A DNA stretch of 64,000 nt from Deltaproteobacteria bacterium (GCA_019309045.1 JAFDGZ010000006.1:2066-66065), one strand, 5' to 3'; shown: positions 49,153 to 59,051, numbered from the stretch's first letter. A program made the numbers and translations. Notes: a model not told the origin generated them from the letters alone.

Positions 49153-49596
49153 TTAAGCACCAAGTGTCCACAGTTTGTCAGTCCTCAGGGAAGCGGGCTC
49201 CGTAGCGAGGAGCTGATCGTCCAGAGTACCCGGCCCATACCCGAAGCCACCATCTGGTTTAGCGCTCCCTTCTGGTGTGGTCCTTATAGGAAACTTGAAG
49301 CGTTTAATGGTGCCACCTCTGAACTTGATCGTCCACATGATGTCCTCGGTTCCTCTCATGGGCACAACACTGGCGCCCAGCGGGCAGAAATCCGCATAGC
49401 CTCTGACCTCAATGGCCTGGGTCGGGCATATTTTTACACAGTTGTAACACTCCCAGCACATATCAGGTTCCATGTTGTACGCCTTCATGCGCTCCTCATC
49501 CAACACCATGAGATCATTAGGACAGATGTACATGCAAGCGGTCTTTTCTCCTCCCTTGCAACCGTCGCATTTTTCATCAATGACAAAACTCGGCAT
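49153..49596 (-). CDS. aprB: Adenylylsulfate (APS) reductase beta subunit
   Basis: MPSFVIDEKCDGCKGGEKTACMYICPNDLM and CWECYNCVKICPTQAI (two 4Fe-4S motifs). Typical AprB C-terminal tail. Confidence 0.95.
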   Translation of the reverse strand: MPSFVIDEKCDGCKGGEKTACMYICPNDLMVLDEERMKAYNMEPDMCWECYNCVKICPTQAIEVRGYADFCPLGASVVPMRGTEDIMWTIKFRGGTIKRFKFPIRTTPEGSAKPDGGFGYGPGTLDDQLLATEPASLRTDKLWTLGA

Positions 49597-50204
49597 TATT
49601 TCCCTCCTTGTAGTTAAATTTTAAACTGCCGTTCACAAACTAGCTTTCTTCACCTCCCTTCGCCGGGTATATCTGCAGGAATTTTTTCCTCTCCTGAGTT
49701 TGCCATACCAGAACCGACCCTTGAATTGCTTTTCCTGACTGCGGTCAAGCCATTCATTCAGATTTCCCCGGAAAGAATCGCTGCTCTGCAGGCAGTCGCC
49801 CGGCTTTCATCACCGGGGTCAGTGCGTTCCCCAGCCACTCGCTTTCGCCTCCAATGTAGTAAGCGAGAACCTCCCTACATCAGCACACCACACGTTCTTG
49901 CGGCTCAGGGACAGCGATACGCCTGCCGCAAATCCTCAAAAGCGCAAAAGTCGCGCCTCTAGGGACGGCAGCGGCTTACCATAACAGTAAATGCAGCTCG
50001 TACCCATGGTGTACTTAGCCACTAAGCCTTTGTTCATCTTGTAGTAACTTTTTTGCCGTCGGTTTTTTGAATGATGGTCCCGACAAACTCATTAGGGTTG
50101 GTCCAAAAGAATTTTGCTAGCTTTCAGGCATCAGCAAAGGCGCCATTCCTTGTTCGCAGGCGCCAAGTAAGTACACTTTGCTAATAAATTCACGATGTAT
50201 TTTT

Positions 50205-50233
50205 CTTTATATCTTCCCCTTGGCGCTTTGTCA
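50205..50233 (-). promoter_or_regulatory. Candidate sigma70-type promoter for aprBA (TTGACA-17 nt-TATAAA on the minus strand)
   Basis: Hexamers read directly in the 1.15-kb gene-free region upstream of aprB. Implies a leader of about 600 nt. Proximal promoters cannot be excluded. Confidence 0.35.
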
Positions 50234-50752
50234 AGCCTTTTTAGTTGTCTATCCATAGCAAGACCTGGAATGACATCTTTGCCGCTGACTCAAGAATTCT
50301 CCTGAACTCATGTTAGTGTAAAATCTAGCCGCACTACAGTTCAAAGAAGCCCTTGATTTGGCTTGCCCAAGCGACTCGTCGGTCACCACCCTCCTGCTCT
50401 GCTCCGCTGCTCACTTCATCTCTCACAGCGAGATGGCCTCTCCTGCTCCACGCCAACATTCGCTGCTCACATTCTTTCAGAGCCCCTAGTCAATGCTGCC
50501 AGGCTTTTTCATCTCTGTCGGCAAAGCCAGACAAGTATACCCGGTTAGGGGAATACTACAACATCTACAACTGCCCCTGGATCTATACTGCTGCCTGCTC
50601 AAGGACTCTGCCAACTGGAAACAGCAAGCGACTTCCACTTCACTAGCTTCCGGCTTTGCTTAAAAAACTGGTCGAAAAGAGATTGACCCGACAGGTGCGG
50701 TGGGATAGGATTACGGCCGCAAACCTAGGGACTACAACGTCTAACTGATAAT

Positions 50753-51577
50753 ATGAAGAAAGGGACAACCATGAAGAATGGAAACACAACTCCAAAGAAG
50801 GGTGGTTTGACCGTGCTTAGGCCAGAAAGTAAGTTCCGGTTCTCCTGTCACCCTGGCATCGAGTGCTTTACCAGATGTTGCCGCGATATCATGATATTCC
50901 TTACGCCCTACGACATCATCCGCATGAAAAATGGCCTCAACATGTCCTCGGAAGACTTTCTGGAGGCCTATACCGTTTGCCTGGTCAGCAAAGAATCAGG
51001 CTTGCCAGTGGTAGCCCTGAAAATGAACGACGACGAAGAAAAAAATTGCCCCTTTGTCACTTCCGAAGGATGCACAATCTACCAGCATCGCCCCTGGTCC
51101 TGTCGCATCTATCCCTTGCAGCCCGAAAGTACCAAAATAACAGAAAAAAAGGGGAAAGAGTACTACTCGGTCATGGATGTCCCTTTTTGTCGAGGGCTTG
51201 CCGAGAATAGGACTGCCACGGTAACTGAGTGGATAGAGGAGCAGGGCATCCCCATCTATAAGGAAATGGAAACTCACTTCAAGAAAATCACCTTGAACCC
51301 CGCCCTTGCCGCTCACAAGATAACCAATAAAAGGCTTCAAGAGATGTTCTACATGGCCTGTTATGACCTAGATCGTTTCAGGCGCTTTGTGTTCGAAAGC
51401 AAATTTTTGCAAATGTTCGACGTGGAACCGGAAACCCTTGAAAAAATACAAAACGACGATGTTGAACTGTTCAAATTCGCCCTGAGATGGCTGGAATACG
51501 GCCTGATCGGCCAACACGTCCTCAAAGTGAGGCCGGAAGTAATGAAAGTCAAGAAACAGGAGTTCGGCATCAAATGA
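50753..51577 (+). CDS. YkgJ/UPF0153-family Cys-cluster (CxxCxxCC-type) protein, paralog 1
   Basis: FSCHPGIECFTRCC...LTPYDIIRMK and CPFVTSEGCTIYQHRPWSCRIYP match the putative zinc/iron-chelating YkgJ (FliB-like) family. Confidence 0.75.
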   Translation: MKKGTTMKNGNTTPKKGGLTVLRPESKFRFSCHPGIECFTRCCRDIMIFLTPYDIIRMKNGLNMSSEDFLEAYTVCLVSKESGLPVVALKMNDDEEKNCPFVTSEGCTIYQHRPWSCRIYPLQPESTKITEKKGKEYYSVMDVPFCRGLAENRTATVTEWIEEQGIPIYKEMETHFKKITLNPALAAHKITNKRLQEMFYMACYDLDRFRRFVFESKFLQMFDVEPETLEKIQNDDVELFKFALRWLEYGLIGQHVLKVRPEVMKVKKQEFGIK

Positions 51578-52356
51578 TAGACCAAGCACTGATGCACCCC
51601 ATACCGGGCGGACGGTTCAACTTCGCCTGTCACCATACAATACCCTGCTTTACGAAATGTTGTGCCAAGCTCGATTTGATCCTCACGCCGTACGACGTAA
51701 TTCGTCTGAAAACCAGGCTCAATCTCTCATCAAAGGTTTTCCTCCGTCGTTACACCACCTCTTATGTGGCTGAGGAATATGGAGCCCCACTCGTCAAGCT
51801 CAAGATGAACGAAGACAAGGATCGCAAGTGTCCTTTTGTAGGGCCACAAGGCTGCTCCGTCTATGAAGATCGACCCGGAGCCTGTCGCATGTACCCAGTA
51901 GGACGGGCCGCCTCAAAGATTCCCGGAATGGCCAAGGCGGGAGAATATTATTTCCTGGTAAAAGAAGCACACTGCCTCGGCTTCCAGCAAAAGAAGGAAT
52001 GGACCATTGATGAATGGCTCGAAGATCAGGGCTTGTCTATCTACAATACCATGAATGATCTTTTTCTGGATGTCACTGCAGGCATACAGCCAAATATTAT
52101 GAAGAGTCTCAACGAAAAGCAAATAGGGATGTTCTATATGGCCTGTTACAACCTGGATGAATTCAGGAAGTTCATATTCTCCACCACATTCCTCGATCGC
52201 TTTGATGTTGAGCCCGATGTGGTTACCCGCATTAAAACGGACGACATCGAATTGTTGCGCTTTGCCTGCAGCTGGCTGCGCTTCGCCCTTTTCGGGGAAA
52301 ATACTATTGCAACCAAGCCGGACTTGAGTCCACAACCGGCTCGTACTAGTCGATAA
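51574..52356 (+). CDS. YkgJ/UPF0153-family Cys-cluster protein, paralog 2
   Basis: FACHHTIPCFTKCC...LTPYDVIRLK and CPFVGPQGCSVYEDRPGACRMYP. ATG at 51574 overlaps the paralog-1 stop (ATGA). The track start 51487 is an upstream extension. Confidence 0.75.
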   Translation: MIDQALMHPIPGGRFNFACHHTIPCFTKCCAKLDLILTPYDVIRLKTRLNLSSKVFLRRYTTSYVAEEYGAPLVKLKMNEDKDRKCPFVGPQGCSVYEDRPGACRMYPVGRAASKIPGMAKAGEYYFLVKEAHCLGFQQKKEWTIDEWLEDQGLSIYNTMNDLFLDVTAGIQPNIMKSLNEKQIGMFYMACYNLDEFRKFIFSTTFLDRFDVEPDVVTRIKTDDIELLRFACSWLRFALFGENTIATKPDLSPQPARTSR

Positions 52357-52612
52357 TATTGTCTTTCAGGGCCTCGTACGACCAAACCGGAATCGGATCA
52401 CATTTGCCGGTGTCTGGATCCAGCTTACACCGATACGAGGCCTTTGTTTGTTGTTGTTCCCACATGATTTCCCAGCCCCGAACAAAATAAGGGCATTCGT
52501 CATTGAAGCATACATAAAAAAACTCATTGGGCCAGGTAGATTGCAGGGGAACTCTCCATTTTTTCATCTCCTGCCCACAATGGGGGCACACAGGAGTTTT
52601 TCCTTTTGCCAC
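52346..52612 (-). CDS. Small zinc-ribbon-like protein (88 aa)
   Basis: GTG start 7 nt after AAAGGAGAG. CPHCGQ...(x)...CFNDECPY Cys pairs. The 3' end overlaps the convergent YkgJ paralog by 11 nt. Confidence 0.55.
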   Translation of the reverse strand: MAKGKTPVCPHCGQEMKKWRVPLQSTWPNEFFYVCFNDECPYFVRGWEIMWEQQQTKASYRCKLDPDTGKCDPIPVWSYEALKDNIID

Positions 52613-52771
52613 TTTCTGCTCTCCTTTCGCAACCAGATGATCCTGTAGTTTTTACTATAAGGCTTTACTAGGATAATTCAACACGAAAAACCTTGGTTGA
52701 CTCTGACAAAGCAGGGATTATAGTATTGGGCATTGTTATCTCTACGACACTGTTCTTGGGAAGGATAGAAC

Positions 52772-53029
52772 ATGACGAAGATAGTCGAAGAAAAGCGGCC
52801 TCGCGACCACTACAAAGCATCACTGGAAAATGGTTCTTTGGTGATGAAACCCTACTGCGCCTGCGGTAATCCCCTTGACGAAGATTACTTCTGCGAAAAG
52901 TGCGACAGACGCTGCCATTGCAACGACATAATTTGCGACAGCGAGGCCACCCTGGACTTGGTGAAGGGCTATATCAAGAGATCGGGGCAGTTTGCAGCAT
53001 TCAGGGCAAAACTCGCGACTGAAGCCTAG
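52772..53029 (+). CDS. Small Cys-rich protein (85 aa)
   Basis: ATG with a GGAAGGA-like RBS. CACG...CEKCDRRCHCNDIIC cysteine cluster. No family recognised. Confidence 0.45.
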   Translation: MTKIVEEKRPRDHYKASLENGSLVMKPYCACGNPLDEDYFCEKCDRRCHCNDIICDSEATLDLVKGYIKRSGQFAAFRAKLATEA

Positions 53030-53118
53030 GGGCCAATCTGCCGAAAGCCAAATTAGATAGTGTGCAGACGGCACCAAAAGCAGACCAATAACGATTTCTT
53101 CCTACTCCCTGCTGCCGC

Positions 53119-54435
53119 CTATGACAAGGCTTGAAGTTCTTCGAGCTTTTCAATAGCTCTGTCAAGCATTTTTTCGCCGCCGATTCTCTCCTGTGCGGCC
53201 AGCAAACGGGGTAGAGCCTCAACCTTGCCGAATTTCCCCAAGGCACCTCCGGCCCAATTGACAATATGGTGACTTTCGTGTTCCAGTAACTCCAGGAGCA
53301 AATCGTAAGAGCTGGAGACCTGGAGGTTCCCGAGCACGGAAACGATACCGGTCTTGATGGGATCAAAGGTCTTGTCCCTGCTAAACGCCTCCTTTATGTA
53401 AGGTATGACCTCCTCTCCAAGCTGCTCCAGATAATGAAGGCTGGCCCCGGAAGAATACGCATAGCCGAACATCGATATGTCGATGAGGGCACGAATTGCC
53501 AGTTCCGTACGGTAGTGGAAAAGAATTTCCGGCACATAGAGTCCAGCCCAGGAGTAGCGGCAGGCCAGCGGTAACAAATATGGAATAGCTTCCGGCCCCT
53601 GAGCTTTCAGCTCATCCAGGGTTTCCTGGAGAGCATTTTTCCGCACCTCATAACCCTTATCTTTGGTCTGCGGAAATCGCTCACTATCATCAGCACTCTG
53701 TAGCTCCTTCACCAGCGCGAGAATTGCTGCATTCTCTGTCTCGGGATAAAGCGTACGATACTCTTTGAATTTCAGGGCGATCCAATACTTCTGCAACCAG
53801 GTAAGAGGAGGGTAGTAGTAAGACAAAGTCGGCTGCTCCTCAGTTTCTGCATCCCGGTAGCGTCCGTGTTGGATAAAATAAGCCTTTTCCTCCTTGGCCA
53901 CTTCCCAGCGGCGCTTGCAGATTTCTATGGCCTCGTCACAATCATAGGCAAACATACGACTGGTGGAAACAATGTCATACAGTCTGTCTTCATTGGGGTA
54001 GTCGCGCAGAAGCTTAGAAGAAACACGTATTGCTTCACCATACTGCTGCTTGGCAAGTAAACCAAAAGCCTCTTCTATGCTCTTGATAAGTCTTTTTTGC
54101 TCTTTTTCCTTTGCCCGACGTGCAGCTATTTCCTCCTCGCCGATAGTCATTCTGGCCTCTTCGTGTTTTCTCAGACAACAGCGCTTGTATTTTTTCCCTG
54201 AACCGCATGGACATGGATCATTCCTTCCGACTTTCTCCAGTACCACATCCTCTAATGCCGCCTTCTGGGTCTGAGCCTGGGCAAGTAGAGCATCGCGCAT
54301 CTGTAAAAGCCGTTCCCTGGGAATACCGGCCTTTTCAGCAATGGCATCGGGGTCGCCACCCTGAAGCAATTCCAAAACAGGTTGCAGTTCAGACTCCGAT
54401 ATCGCCCCAACTGCAGGTGTGTCAGCACCACTCAT
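53119..54435 (-). CDS. SEC-C motif protein with HEAT-like repeats
   Basis: [20 protein letters not shown] metal-binding motif. Helical-repeat C-terminal half (HEAT/PBS-lyase-like: [22 protein letters not shown]). Confidence 0.7.
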   Translation of the reverse strand: MSGADTPAVGAISESELQPVLELLQGGDPDAIAEKAGIPRERLLQMRDALLAQAQTQKAALEDVVLEKVGRNDPCPCGSGKKYKRCCLRKHEEARMTIGEEEIAARRAKEKEQKRLIKSIEEAFGLLAKQQYGEAIRVSSKLLRDYPNEDRLYDIVSTSRMFAYDCDEAIEICKRRWEVAKEEKAYFIQHGRYRDAETEEQPTLSYYYPPLTWLQKYWIALKFKEYRTLYPETENAAILALVKELQSADDSERFPQTKDKGYEVRKNALQETLDELKAQGPEAIPYLLPLACRYSWAGLYVPEILFHYRTELAIRALIDISMFGYAYSSGASLHYLEQLGEEVIPYIKEAFSRDKTFDPIKTGIVSVLGNLQVSSSYDLLLELLEHESHHIVNWAGGALGKFGKVEALPRLLAAQERIGGEKMLDRAIEKLEELQALS

Positions 54436-54474
54436 TAAGCTATCTCCCTCATGTCAAGTGTTGATCTCTGTGGG

Positions 54475-54729
54475 TTATATTTTCTCGAAATACTCAATAC
54501 ACGCTTTGGCAAAGCCCTTAGTATACGAATGAAAATCAAAATCCTTTTGGCCTAGATGTCTATTCAGTATTTCAGCCCGAAAAATATCCCAGAATTTAGG
54601 TATTCCCCCCGCTCGATAAATGGCAGCAAGTTCATCATAATCGGCTTCGTACCGAGCAAACTCGAGCCCTTTCTCATAACCTGCAGCGAACCACTTCTCG
54701 TTGTAACCAGAATTCACCTCTCCAGTCAT
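54475..54729 (-). CDS. Hypothetical protein (84 aa)
   Basis: ORF co-directional with its neighbours, 39 nt upstream of the SEC-C gene. No motif recognised. Confidence 0.45.
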   Translation of the reverse strand: MTGEVNSGYNEKWFAAGYEKGLEFARYEADYDELAAIYRAGGIPKFWDIFRAEILNRHLGQKDFDFHSYTKGFAKACIEYFEKI

Positions 54730-54940
54730 TTGCCCGCCTTTTCAATTGCAAAGCAGCAGTGCGCTATTCAACTCAAAGGACCTAGTTCCCAGGATCTCAA
54801 TAAATCTCTCTACCTCTTGCCCGTTTTCTATCAGCAAAAGGGATCAAAGTAAAACCCACGGAACAATAAGGTATGAAAAGGCTCAGGTCAAGAAAAATTC
54901 GGGACTTCGTTTTCCCCCTGTCAGGCCCCAGCCAAGGCCA

Positions 54941-55774
54941 TTATTCACTACAATGAGTCCCCGAGCGTTGAGGATTGGCAATTCGGCCGTGCTTCTGCCA
55001 CTGAACAACTTCGCCCCCTAGCCTCTCTTCATCTATAGAACCATACACGCCCTGTATTCTAATAACGCCTCCTCTCATGTCGTCCGCCACCCAATGCCCA
55101 GCATCTCCTTCGATGATTATTTCGCCTGCCGTCATCTTTTTGCCGATGACATCGGCAACATTACCCTTCACTCTGATCTCCCCGCCGCTCATGCGGTAGC
55201 CAATCCAATTGCCAGCGTCACCGTCAATAGTTAATCTTCCGCCGGCCATAAATGTACCAATGTGGCTTCCCACATCTCCCCGAAAAAGAATCTCCCCGCT
55301 TCTCATCTTGACCCCAAGCCAGTATGCCCGACTGCCGACAATTTCAATGTGACCTCTGGTGTGCCGATAGCCAAGTCCTGAAACGCCCCCGCTGTATCTG
55401 GAAAGATTGAGATGGAGTATATCATCTCGCTGGATAACCTTGTCATAAACCCCGGAAATGAAGAACCCCAACAGTGCCCCACGCAGCCGGCGAGGCAAAA
55501 TTTCGTTGAAAAGCCGCTCCACTTCTCTAAGATTTAGATCGTAGTCTTTGGCAACACTTTTCCCAAAACAAAAAACTCTCTCACCTGATTCCAAACGCCA
55601 GCCAGGTATTCTTAGCACCCAACTGCGGTATTGCCTAACGATATCTTCAAGTTTGTTGTAAGTATCTTTAATAAACTGACCATATCTCTCCTTTCTCTGC
55701 CGCTTGTCAGCATCAACACCTTTACATCTCAGCAGCTGAGGATTTTTCTCTAATAGTTTCCTAATTGATTCCAT
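54941..55774 (-). CDS. GXGXG-motif (GltB C-terminal/FwdC-like beta-helix) domain protein
   Basis: Repeated GDVGSHIGTFMAGGRLTIDGDAGNWIGYRMSGGEIRVKGNVADVIGKKMTAGEIIIEGDAGHWVADDMRGGVIRIQG. The ATG overlaps the upstream VWA gene by 14 nt. Confidence 0.75.
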   Translation of the reverse strand: MESIRKLLEKNPQLLRCKGVDADKRQRKERYGQFIKDTYNKLEDIVRQYRSWVLRIPGWRLESGERVFCFGKSVAKDYDLNLREVERLFNEILPRRLRGALLGFFISGVYDKVIQRDDILHLNLSRYSGGVSGLGYRHTRGHIEIVGSRAYWLGVKMRSGEILFRGDVGSHIGTFMAGGRLTIDGDAGNWIGYRMSGGEIRVKGNVADVIGKKMTAGEIIIEGDAGHWVADDMRGGVIRIQGVYGSIDEERLGGEVVQWQKHGRIANPQRSGTHCSE

Positions 55775-57341
55775 AAGATTTACAAATGGTTTTGCCTATA
55801 GCAATCCGTGGGATATCTCGCTCATTTTCAATTTCGACCAATCTTGCTGAAGCAGAGAGTTTCCTTTTTAGGAGTTCGTAGTTCTCTCTGAATCTATAGT
55901 CGCACTGTGTTTCACTTTTTAGCCAGATAATCGTCAACCGTCCTTTGACCGTAGAAAAATAGTCCACGACCCCAAGAATATTGTCAATGCCTGCGTCCGT
56001 TATCAAAATGTAGTCTATCACAATCCCAGCAAGGTTCTGCACATACTGATCAAGGCTATCCACATGCAGGGTGGTTCCATGTCCCTGATATACCTTCAAC
56101 ATTTCATAAACGCGCTGTCTGTCTGCTGTCAGGCCTAGTTCCATATTGACATCGGAGAAATTTATCACTCCCACTTTTGCCCCCAGTTCAAAGTAACTGC
56201 GAGCAACGGAGAAAGCGCCAAGAACTGCATACGAGACCACTTCCTCCGGATTGGGCATACTTCCCGATGAATCTATTATAATAACCGCATCTGGAACCGA
56301 AATTTCCCCATACCTCTCATATTCTGCCAACTCATACTTTCTGGCCAGGGAAGGCAGAACCTTGCCGTAGCTCTCCACGGCACTAAAGGTGTCAATATTG
56401 TCATCAAGGTTGAAGTCTGTTATCTGCTCGGGATAAAGGGAGCCTTTTTTTATAAGAGGTTCAATAAAGATAGAGTAGCTGCGACACTTGCTCCTGTACC
56501 AACCTACGTCCGGTCTGTCTAGAGCTTGTAGTAGGACGTTGTGCCCGGGGCTGATTCCTGTTCCGCCGGAGCGGGGTTCACTCGGAACCATGCCCGCCTC
56601 CTTTAGATTGTTGAGTATCTCCAATGCCATTTCACGGTATTCCTGCGGTGGCAATTCTTGAGCAATGGCAGCCACAGCTCTGCTGATACGCTCCGGGCTA
56701 AAATCCGCAGGGGAAAAGAAAAAGTACGGTAACTCCATACTTTCACCAAGCAAGTCTCCTATTATTTCTGCAAACCGTCTTATATTGCTCCGCAATCGAA
56801 CTCTACTCAAATCAAGAAAATCGATGGAGCAAAGATCTCCTATTCTCTGTTCAAGTGCCGCCTCAACTTCTCCGCCGCCAAAATCAATCCCCGTCACTCT
56901 GAAATAAAATAGCCGCAATAGCCTGTCAACTCTAATAGTAGCTGGTAGTTCACAATAGGCTTGAGCCACTTGTGTTAAACCTCTGTTGATAACGAGGTCC
57001 AGGTTCACTACGACGTCATCGTAAAGATTTCTGATCTCATTTTTTCCAGCTACCTCCCCGAGCCAGTAGTGCTCCAAAATCAAAGTTCCCACATCATAGG
57101 GATGTTTGGCCCAGTGATTGAGTTCATGATGGAAGAGTCCACGCAGGGCTTCCTGACTGAATTTTTCGGTCAGTCCCTCCCCAACCAGTAACTTGAAGCG
57201 AGGGCTACGAAAGGTTATCTCAATTGTTGCATTCCGCACCCGCTCCAACTGCGCAATGGGAGGATAGTAAAGGTCCTTCCTTGCTTGGTCGAAAACCGGC
57301 TTGATTGTATCCAGCCCCTGTTCATACATGAAAGTTTTCAC
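55761..57341 (-). CDS. Putative metallopeptidase-like (HExxH) plus VWA domain protein (DUF2201-like)
   Basis: N-terminal FHHELNHWAKHP (HExxH). C-terminal VWA MIDAS IIIDSSGSM. This architecture typically partners MoxR-class ATPases. GTG start at 57341, with an alternative ATG at 57329. Confidence 0.7.
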   Translation of the reverse strand: MKTFMYEQGLDTIKPVFDQARKDLYYPPIAQLERVRNATIEITFRSPRFKLLVGEGLTEKFSQEALRGLFHHELNHWAKHPYDVGTLILEHYWLGEVAGKNEIRNLYDDVVVNLDLVINRGLTQVAQAYCELPATIRVDRLLRLFYFRVTGIDFGGGEVEAALEQRIGDLCSIDFLDLSRVRLRSNIRRFAEIIGDLLGESMELPYFFFSPADFSPERISRAVAAIAQELPPQEYREMALEILNNLKEAGMVPSEPRSGGTGISPGHNVLLQALDRPDVGWYRSKCRSYSIFIEPLIKKGSLYPEQITDFNLDDNIDTFSAVESYGKVLPSLARKYELAEYERYGEISVPDAVIIIDSSGSMPNPEEVVSYAVLGAFSVARSYFELGAKVGVINFSDVNMELGLTADRQRVYEMLKVYQGHGTTLHVDSLDQYVQNLAGIVIDYILITDAGIDNILGVVDYFSTVKGRLTIIWLKSETQCDYRFRENYELLKRKLSASARLVEIENERDIPRIAIGKTICKSYGIN

Positions 57342-57408
57342 TCACCCAATGCTGACCACTCCCGGCGCCAAAAGCATAGGGCCTAGCCTGGACCCGGCCA
57401 AGCAGGTG

Positions 57409-58755
57409 TTAGCCATTGTTTGACAAAGTCTCTCTCACGAGGCTTTGGAAAAAAGGATGGCCAATGTCGTCTGCCATCTTCTCAAGCGTTTCTGAGTCCC
57501 CATTCTGCAAAGCCACATATGCCTCAATTTGATGATCTCTATGCTCCTCCCATCTCTTTTTCGCTTCCCTGAGAGCGTCGGCAACAGCATACAGGTCGTC
57601 CGAACAGTTTTTCTTCACATCTTTCACTTCACTACGCTTCTTATCGCTCAACCCACTCCGGTGCCATATTACGTAAGGCATGATTGCACTAATATGCTCC
57701 AGGGTCACCTCTTCTTCGCCAGTCATCCACGCGAGAGCTTGACCATATCTCAGCAGGCTTTGCTCTGCCCGCTGAGAGATGCCATACAAGTCAGAACAGA
57801 TATAGTTCCGATAATGGCAACCGTCACACCTGGAAAAATCTTTTTTCAGAGTATATTGACAGCGGACTTCCTCCCCCAGATAGTCAAGAAAAAGTTCTGC
57901 ATCTTCTGTTATTTCCCTTTCTTTCATTTCCTCTCGTATGGTTTTTATTTCCTGCCGTCTCGGAATTTTGAGATCAAGACCCGCCTTGCTGAACCTCGCC
58001 TCAAGTTCTTCCTTGAACCTCTCGGCTCTTAAATTAATGTAAGTCACTGTTGCATCAGCGGATCCGGTTTCATTGTTTTCCAGGACGAAAGTGATCAACT
58101 CTTGACTTGTCTGCCTATCTTTCAAGATTTCCTCGTCGATTCCCCTCCTAATGATTCTTTTTCTTACCGGATGCAAGGGGCCAGTCTCAACCGCCACATC
58201 AAATCTATCCAGAAGTGGAGCAATCAGTCTTGTTGCGCCAACATCTTGATAATTAATGGTCGCAAAGAACGACTTCCCCTCCTGGAATATCAAGGTTTCA
58301 CCTCTATAACTCCATATGTTTCTGTCCACTTCGTTAAGCAGCATGTTCTGCTTGCCAACAGGCAGACGGTTGATCTCATCTATTATAACCACTGGAGGAA
58401 ACGGGATAATTTTCCACTTGACTATCTCCTTCCCTTGTTTTTCCAAGGCGCCAAGATCTATAGTAGCCTTTATTTTTTCTTCAGTTTGCTCTGGATGAGC
58501 ATGTACGGTGGCAGTCTGAATGAACTCCAGGGGCAGTCCAAGAACCAAGCTCGATATTCTTTCGCTTGAGCTAGTTTTTCCACTACCGTATTCTCCAAAG
58601 ACAAGTTCCTTGCCGCTCAAGAGCAGGGTCAAAATCCCGAATAGAGCAACCGGCAAATACTTTCTGTCGCCTATTTCTAGTAACTCATCACCTAGATAAA
58701 AGCAGTCACGAATGAGTTCGTAAAGTCTCTCAACTTTCTCATTGAGCTCCGTCAT
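57409..58755 (-). CDS. MoxR-like AAA+ ATPase with a Cys-containing C-terminal extension
   Basis: Walker A GEYGSGKT, Walker B VVIIDEINRLPVGKQNMLLNEVD, FFATINYQD...LLDRFDV. C-terminal CQYTLKKDFSRCDGCHYRNYIC. Confidence 0.8.
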   Translation of the reverse strand: MTELNEKVERLYELIRDCFYLGDELLEIGDRKYLPVALFGILTLLLSGKELVFGEYGSGKTSSSERISSLVLGLPLEFIQTATVHAHPEQTEEKIKATIDLGALEKQGKEIVKWKIIPFPPVVIIDEINRLPVGKQNMLLNEVDRNIWSYRGETLIFQEGKSFFATINYQDVGATRLIAPLLDRFDVAVETGPLHPVRKRIIRRGIDEEILKDRQTSQELITFVLENNETGSADATVTYINLRAERFKEELEARFSKAGLDLKIPRRQEIKTIREEMKEREITEDAELFLDYLGEEVRCQYTLKKDFSRCDGCHYRNYICSDLYGISQRAEQSLLRYGQALAWMTGEEEVTLEHISAIMPYVIWHRSGLSDKKRSEVKDVKKNCSDDLYAVADALREAKKRWEEHRDHQIEAYVALQNGDSETLEKMADDIGHPFFQSLVRETLSNNG

Positions 58756-59051
58756 CTCCAGTCACCACGAAGAAGGTTTCTGATAACCTGTGAATGACCA
58801 CTATAAACAAATGTAACAGGTCAAAAAGTCCGAAGCAATAAGAACTCCACTTCATTCTTGACAGGTTAGTGGGGTTGGCACCGGAGTCGACCAATCTCGG
58901 CAAACGAAGACGATTTCTTATGCCTGCTTTGTATGTTACACTTTTATTGGTTTGTGCCCTTTTTGCTGGCCTCACTCGGCATTACTAGCAAGCCTCTAGT
59001 GAATAAGCTCGAAACTTAACTTTAAATAGAAGGAAAAAAAGGAGAACAGAT

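Noticed and set aside
49621-49638. Possible Rex operator (TTGTGAA-N4-TTCACAA type) just upstream of aprB
   Set aside because: Only the right half (TTCACAA) matches. The left half (TTAAACT) matches 2 of 7 positions.
49726-50646. ORFs 49726..49962 and 50353..50646 in the apr upstream region
   Set aside because: They have no RBS. Their composition is Ser/Pro/Arg/Cys-rich and unlike neighbouring genes, with no motifs. I treat the region as non-coding leader and promoter.
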